From: an uncultured Verrucomicrobiae bacterium
GTDB lineage: Bacteria; Verrucomicrobiota; Verrucomicrobiia; Chthoniobacterales; JAATET01
Assembly: GCA_963719495.1 (NCBI GenBank)
Contig: CAVRCI010000009.1
Location: 96,001-160,000 of the forward strand
Direction of reading: 5' to 3'
DNA: 64,000 nt
This document shows, one piece after another, positions 59,129 to 64,000 of the stretch. The first letter of the stretch is position 1, and each line of letters starts with the position of its first letter. The notes beneath the pieces were generated by a model that was not told where the DNA came from, made no database searches, and worked only from the letters and a program-made list of their open reading frames with translations. Position numbers and translations under genes: made by a program.

Positions 59129-60628
59129 CTATTGCCCGGAAGCCAGCCAAACGGTCATTCCAGCGATCACCACAATGGCGATCACCAGATAGATCCAAAC
59201 CAGCGAGCTGTCCGAAATGACGGCATTCGATCCCATCCGACGGCTTTCCCGCGACCCGCGGATTTTGCCCTTTCGAAGGAAGCCATCGTAATGACGTTGG
59301 AGAAGGTGAGTTTCGACCTGTCGCATCGTGTCGAGCACGACGCCCACGATGATGAGTAGTCCCGTTCCGCCGAAGAACTGCGCGGTCATGTAGGGAACCT
59401 GCAGCCAGCGGCTGAGAAGCTGCGGCAGCACAGCGATAATCGTGAGGAAGATGGCACCCGCGAAGGTCAGCCGGGTCATCGTGTAATCGAGGAATTCAGC
59501 CGTCGGCTTGCCGGGCCGCACTCCGGGAATAAACCCGCCGTATTTCTTGAGATCGTCGGCAATCTGCGAGGGCTGGAACTGCGTGGCGACCCAGAAGTAA
59601 CTGAAGAAGAAGATCATCAGCCCGAAGAAAACGTAGTGCGGCCAACCGACCGTCAACGCGTCGGCAATCGACCGAGCCACCTCAGACTGCGGGAACGCCA
59701 TCTGCGCGATGGTCGAAGGAAAGAGCAGAATCGCCTGCGCAAAAATGATCGGCATCACGCCAGCGTAGTTCACTTTGAGCGGCATGTATTGCGTCTGGCC
59801 GCCGTAGACCTTCCGTCCGACCACGCGCTTGGCGTATTGGATCGCGATCTTGCGCTGGGCCTGGGTCACGGCAATGACCGCCGCGATCACGATCAGGAGG
59901 AAGGCCACCATCAGAACGAGCACGACCGGACTGACCTGCGCCGCTCCGTCACCAGTCGGAACGAACGTGTTCCAAGCCTGAATGAGACCCGCTGGCAACT
60001 GAGCCAGGATGCCGACGGTAATGATCAACGACACGCCATTGCCGATGCCGCGATCGGTGATCTGGTCGCCCAGCCACATCAGGAACATCGTGCCCGCGCT
60101 CATCGTGAGCACGGTGATAGCCCGGAACGCGAAACCGGGATCCGAGACCAACGGAATTCCGAGACGCGTAATCGTATCCATGATTCCCGGCAGAAACGGG
60201 TTCGCCTGCGGATTCTCGAGCGACAGCGCGAGGAGGTAACCTTGAAACACGCAGAGCGCCAAAGTGGCGTAACGCGTGTATTGCATGATCTTCTGCCGGC
60301 CACCGTCTTCCCGCGAAAGTTTACCCAACCGCGGGATCACCGCTGTGAGCAACTGCATCATGATCGACGCCGAGATGTAGGGCATGATGCCCAGCGAGAA
60401 AATTGCCGCCGCCTGAAGCGCGCCGCCGCTGAACAGATTGAAGAGCGCCGCGACACCGCCGCCGGTGTTTTCACCGGCGCTCTGGAACCACACGCGCAGG
60501 ACTTCCGCGTTCACGCCCGGCGTCGTGATCGCCGCACCGACGCGCATGATGACGATCATCGCCAACGTGAAGAGCACGCGCTGGCGCAGCTCCGGAATTC
60601 GAAAAATGTTGGTGAAAGCAGAAATCAT
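59129..60628 (-). CDS. secY: Protein translocase SecY
   Basis: LGIMPYISASI, GIGNGVSL, AGVMPIIFA, IPGVRPG, FGGTGLLI. Confidence 0.99.
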   Translation of the reverse strand: MISAFTNIFRIPELRQRVLFTLAMIVIMRVGAAITTPGVNAEVLRVWFQSAGENTGGGVAALFNLFSGGALQAAAIFSLGIMPYISASIMMQLLTAVIPRLGKLSREDGGRQKIMQYTRYATLALCVFQGYLLALSLENPQANPFLPGIMDTITRLGIPLVSDPGFAFRAITVLTMSAGTMFLMWLGDQITDRGIGNGVSLIITVGILAQLPAGLIQAWNTFVPTGDGAAQVSPVVLVLMVAFLLIVIAAVIAVTQAQRKIAIQYAKRVVGRKVYGGQTQYMPLKVNYAGVMPIIFAQAILLFPSTIAQMAFPQSEVARSIADALTVGWPHYVFFGLMIFFFSYFWVATQFQPSQIADDLKKYGGFIPGVRPGKPTAEFLDYTMTRLTFAGAIFLTIIAVLPQLLSRWLQVPYMTAQFFGGTGLLIIVGVVLDTMRQVETHLLQRHYDGFLRKGKIRGSRESRRMGSNAVISDSSLVWIYLVIAIVVIAGMTVWLASGQ

Positions 60629-60696
60629 AAAATCAGCACAAAAGAGGGAAGGTGATCAAAGGCGGGAAGGCTGGAACGGGCAATCGAAAACAAAGT

Positions 60697-60785
60697 GTAG
60701 CGGCTGGTCTGTGACCGCCGCAGACTCCAAGACCGATCGGTGCCGCCATTGACACAAGCAAGCGGCGGTCACAGACCGCCGCTAC
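60697..60785. repeat. Inverted GTAG REP-like pair between rplO and secY
   Basis: gtagcggctggtctgtgaccgccg ... gcggcggtcacagaccgccgctac. Confidence 0.75.
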
Positions 60786-60809
60786 AAGGACATCGAACAC
60801 TCAAAAGTC

Positions 60810-61286
60810 TTATGCTTTCGGGCGAAGAGCAGCCGTCTTCTCGCGGAGCGAGATCGTGCCGCCAACCGCTTCGATTTTCTCGCGGGCCGTCGCCGTCAGA
60901 TGATCGATTTCCAGCGTGAGTTTCTTGGTGATCTCACCACGCCCGAGCACCTTGACGCCGTCGAGTTTGCCTCGAACGAGCCCGTGCTGACGGAGAGCCG
61001 CCTCATCGACGGAAGCTCCTTCGTCGAACAAGCGCTCGAGGTCATCGAGATTTACCGTCCCAAAGACCGTCTTGAATTGCTTGTTGTTGAAGCCGCGCTT
61101 GGGAAGACGACGAATCAGGGGCATCTGGCCGCCCTCGAAGCCGGGACGGATCGATCCGCCGGAGCGAGCCTTCTGTCCCTTGTGGCCCTTGCCGGACGTC
61201 TTACCCTGGCCGGAGCTTTCACCGATGCCGAGGCGTTTCTTCCGGTGCTTGGCACCGGGATTTGGTTTCAGATCGTGGAGTCTCAT
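60810..61286 (-). CDS. rplO: 50S ribosomal protein L15
   Basis: [28 protein letters not shown]. Confidence 0.98.
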   Translation of the reverse strand: MRLHDLKPNPGAKHRKKRLGIGESSGQGKTSGKGHKGQKARSGGSIRPGFEGGQMPLIRRLPKRGFNNKQFKTVFGTVNLDDLERLFDEGASVDEAALRQHGLVRGKLDGVKVLGRGEITKKLTLEIDHLTATAREKIEAVGGTISLREKTAALRPKA

Positions 61287-61292
61287 CGGGAA

Positions 61293-61883
61293 TTAGGCGG
61301 TAATGACGGTTTCGTCGGCGACCGCTTCCGTGTCGACGGCGGCGGTCTTGGGTGGCGAAATCCGCTTGCCACGAATGGCCATGATTTCGTCGCGCTGACG
61401 GAGAAGCCCGAGCGCGGTGAAGGTCGCCTTGACGACGTTGGCGTGATTGTTCGAGCCCTGCGACTTCGCGAGGATGTCGCGGATGCCGACCGCTTCCAAG
61501 ACGGCGCGGACGCCGCCGCCGGCGATGACGCCGGTTCCCGCCGAGGCGGGGCGGAGCATCACGCGACCGCCGCCGAACTCACCTTCGACCAGGTGCGGGA
61601 TGGTCGTTTCGCGCATTGGGTAATCCTTGAGGTTCTTGCGAGCAGCCTCGGATCCCTTGCGGATCGCTTCGGCAACTTCGTTCGCTTTGCCGAAGCCGAA
61701 TCCGGCTTTGCCCTTGCGGTTGCCGGTGACGATCAGTGCGCTGAAGCTGAAACGACGACCGCCCTTGACGACCTTCGCACAACGATTGATGAAAACGACT
61801 TTCTCGGTGAATTCCGAAGGCTCCTCCTGGGGGCCGGGTCCGCGACCTTTGCGGTCCCGGCTATTTCTGCGATCCATTGCCAT
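61293..61883 (-). CDS. rpsE: 30S ribosomal protein S5
   Basis: [26 protein letters not shown]. Confidence 0.98.
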   Translation of the reverse strand: MAMDRRNSRDRKGRGPGPQEEPSEFTEKVVFINRCAKVVKGGRRFSFSALIVTGNRKGKAGFGFGKANEVAEAIRKGSEAARKNLKDYPMRETTIPHLVEGEFGGGRVMLRPASAGTGVIAGGGVRAVLEAVGIRDILAKSQGSNNHANVVKATFTALGLLRQRDEIMAIRGKRISPPKTAAVDTEAVADETVITA

Positions 61884-61907
61884 AATGCTAATTCCTTCGA
61901 ACGGGGG

Positions 61908-62264
61908 TTAAAAGTCGAAGCCCGCTTCGCGAGCCGCGTCGGCGAGGGCCTTGACCTTACCGTGATATTGGAAGCCGCCGCGGTCGAAAACCACGCGCTT
62001 GATGTTTTTGCCGGAGGCGCGCTCGACGAGGAGTTTGCCAACTTTCTGAGCGGTCACGACGTTGGCGTGGGCTCCGCCCTCGGCCTTGAGATCCTTTTCG
62101 GTCGTGTGAGCCGAGGCGAGGGTTTTGCCGATCGTGTCGTCGATGACCTGCGCCGTGATGTGGCGGCCGGAGAAGTGCACCGCGAGACGCGGGCGCTCGG
62201 CCGTGCCCTGAACTTTTTTGCGAACGCGCTGGTGGCGAACTTTGCGAATATTGAGATGTGCCAT
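61908..62264 (-). CDS. rplR: 50S ribosomal protein L18
   Basis: [27 protein letters not shown]. Confidence 0.98.
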   Translation of the reverse strand: MAHLNIRKVRHQRVRKKVQGTAERPRLAVHFSGRHITAQVIDDTIGKTLASAHTTEKDLKAEGGAHANVVTAQKVGKLLVERASGKNIKRVVFDRGGFQYHGKVKALADAAREAGFDF

Positions 62265-62282
62265 GGGATGTTTCCTGGAAAA

Positions 62283-62822
62283 TTACTGGACCTTCTTGCC
62301 TTCCTTGCGGCGGACGACTTCGTCGGTGTAGCGGACACCCTTGCCCTTGTAGGGCTCCGGTGGGTAGTAGGACCGGATGTTCGCGGCGCATTGGCCGACA
62401 GACTGCTTGTCGATCCCCTCGACGGAGATTTTCGTGTTGTCGGTCACGGTGACCGTGAGGCCCGACGGGATTTCGTGATGGATGGGGTGCGAGAACCCAA
62501 GGCTTAGGTTCAACTTCGAACCCTGGACGGCGGCCTTGAAGCCGACACCCTGAATCTCGAGGTCGCGTTTGAACCCGGTGCTGACGCCGGTGATCATGTT
62601 ATTGACCAAAGCGCGGGACAGACCGTGGAGCGCGCGGACGCTGCGGGCGTCGCTTTCGCGTTCGAAGGCGGCTTTCCCGTCGGCGACGGTGAGCTTGATG
62701 GCCTTCGGCAAGGTCCACTCGAGCTTACCCTTCGGTCCTTCGACCGTGACGAGGCGATTGCTGCCTTCGGACACTTGGACCTTTTCTGGCAGGACGATTT
62801 CTTTTTTTCCGATACGTGACAT
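62283..62822 (-). CDS. rplF: 50S ribosomal protein L6
   Basis: MSRIGK, GPKG, PPEPYKGKGVRY. Confidence 0.98.
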   Translation of the reverse strand: MSRIGKKEIVLPEKVQVSEGSNRLVTVEGPKGKLEWTLPKAIKLTVADGKAAFERESDARSVRALHGLSRALVNNMITGVSTGFKRDLEIQGVGFKAAVQGSKLNLSLGFSHPIHHEIPSGLTVTVTDNTKISVEGIDKQSVGQCAANIRSYYPPEPYKGKGVRYTDEVVRRKEGKKVQ

Positions 62823-62856
62823 GGCTGGAATTCGTTGAGGATTCGTTTCTTCGGAA

Positions 62857-63252
62857 TTACCAGACGTAGGCGAGGAGCTCGCCGCCGACCTTCTTACGCC
62901 GCGCTTCGTGGCCGGTCATGATGCCGCTCGAAGTCGAGAGGATTGCGATACCCATGCCACCGAGAACGCGGGGAATCTCGGTCGATCCAACGTATTTGCG
63001 GAGACCGGGCTTGCTGACGCGCTTGAGGCCAACGACCGCGGACACCTTTTTGACGAACTTCGTCTGGATCTTGATGATGGGAAACTTACCGGTGGTGTCC
63101 ACCTCGTAGTCTTTGATGTAGCCCTCATCCTTGAGGATGCGGGAGAGTTCGCCCTTCATCTTGGAGAAAGGGACTTCGAAAACCGGCTTGCTGACGGCGG
63201 CTGCGTTGCGCAGGCGGGTCAGGAAGTCGGCGATTGGGTCGGATACGGTCAT
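62857..63252 (-). CDS. rpsH: 30S ribosomal protein S8
   Basis: DPIADFLTRLRNA, SKPGLRKY, GGELLAYVW. Confidence 0.98.
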   Translation of the reverse strand: MTVSDPIADFLTRLRNAAAVSKPVFEVPFSKMKGELSRILKDEGYIKDYEVDTTGKFPIIKIQTKFVKKVSAVVGLKRVSKPGLRKYVGSTEIPRVLGGMGIAILSTSSGIMTGHEARRKKVGGELLAYVW

Positions 63253-63311
63253 GATATGTGCGGCGATTCGAGCTGTGGCTCCCGGGACGAAATGCCGGGA
63301 AACCTTTCAGA

Positions 63312-63935
63312 TCAGCTTTGGGTCGCGGCCTCCTCTTCGTCTTTGGCGTCGTCGGTCTTGGCGACGGGCTCTGGTTTGGGTTTGTCCGAAAACGGCACGC
63401 CGAGTTCGATGAGTAGATCCTTCGCTTCCGCGTTGGTGGTGGCCGTCGTGACGATCGTCACGTCGAAGCCGATGTTTCGTTTGATTTTATCCAGTTCGAT
63501 CTCAGGGAAGATCGATTGATCCGAGACGCCGAGGGTGTAGTTCCCGTTGCCATCGAAGGCTTTCGGAGACACCCCGCGGAAATCGCGGATGCGCGGGAGC
63601 GACGTCTTGATGAGGCGCTCGAGGAACTCATACATCGTGCGTCCGCGGAGGGTCACCTTGGCACCGATGGCCTGGTTCTCGCGGAGCTTGAAGTTCGCGA
63701 CACTCTTCTTGGCGACGGTCTCGACCGGGCGCTGACCCGTGATCGCGGCGATTTCGTTCTTCGCGATTTCGAGGGACTCCTTCACGTCCTGAGCGGAACC
63801 CACGCAGCTGTTGATCACGACTTTCGTGACCTTCGGGATCTGGTGCGGGTTCGTGTAACCGTGCTTCTCGCGAAGCGCCGGGATGACGCGTTTGCGGTAG
63901 TCGGTGAGAATTTCTGGTTCGGCTAGAGCGGACAT
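63312..63935 (-). CDS. rplE: 50S ribosomal protein L5
   Basis: VTLRG, LPRIRDFRG, FDGNGNY, IFPEI. Confidence 0.98.
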   Translation of the reverse strand: MSALAEPEILTDYRKRVIPALREKHGYTNPHQIPKVTKVVINSCVGSAQDVKESLEIAKNEIAAITGQRPVETVAKKSVANFKLRENQAIGAKVTLRGRTMYEFLERLIKTSLPRIRDFRGVSPKAFDGNGNYTLGVSDQSIFPEIELDKIKRNIGFDVTIVTTATTNAEAKDLLIELGVPFSDKPKPEPVAKTDDAKDEEEAATQS

Positions 63936-63941
63936 GGTCGG

Positions 63942-64000
63942 TTAAGCGGCCTTTTTTTTGTTGGTCTCGCCTTTCTCGGTGAGTTTGACGTTCGAAATGT
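63942..64000 (-). CDS. rplX: 50S ribosomal protein L24, 3' end only
   Basis: (H)ISNVKLTEKGETNKKKAA*; expected position upstream of rplE. Confidence 0.8.
   Translation of the reverse strand, partial: ISNVKLTEKGETNKKKAA

Noticed and set aside
3482..62507. Long antisense or alternate-frame ORFs (for example 3482-4738, 13761-16013, 20116-22401, 29354-31030, 60900-62507)
   Set aside because: Shadow ORFs of real genes in high-GC DNA, with biased Arg/Pro/Gly composition.

Overview
GC-rich bacterial chromosome segment, most likely Verrucomicrobiota/PVC. This is inferred from the short ATP synthase delta subunit, the absence of rpmD, a eukaryote-type UDP-glucose pyrophosphorylase and the repeat styles. 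Housekeeping blocks are the F0F1 operon atpBEFHAGDC (0.4-7.3 kb), rpsU, yajC-secDF, leuA (with a candidate Leu attenuator), serS-tilS, photolyase, and the spc/alpha ribosomal cluster from partial rplX to rpsD (55.3-64 kb). Accessory content of note: (1) five secreted NHL or FG-GAP beta-propeller proteins that all end in the same ~94-aa, very basic, Ig-like C-terminal domain finishing in -I(L/F/I)RR, a candidate undescribed sorting or anchoring signal; one of the five has an in-frame amber codon. (2) A ~10-kb block bracketed by two ~98-bp direct repeats, containing a DUF4062-TM-TPR receptor-like gene between two paralogous secreted proteins, an Mla-like ABC trio and a TPR/SLOG-like/degenerate-cyclase protein. 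(3) Two toxin-antitoxin pairs. (4) Many non-coding elements: a 174-bp tandem array with a covarying hairpin, three long palindromes with 0-2-nt spacers, two MITE-like elements, REP-like hairpins and heptamer runs. No rRNA, tRNA, CRISPR array or transposase was recognised. All family assignments come from reading motifs by eye, not from database searches, and several start codons are estimates.
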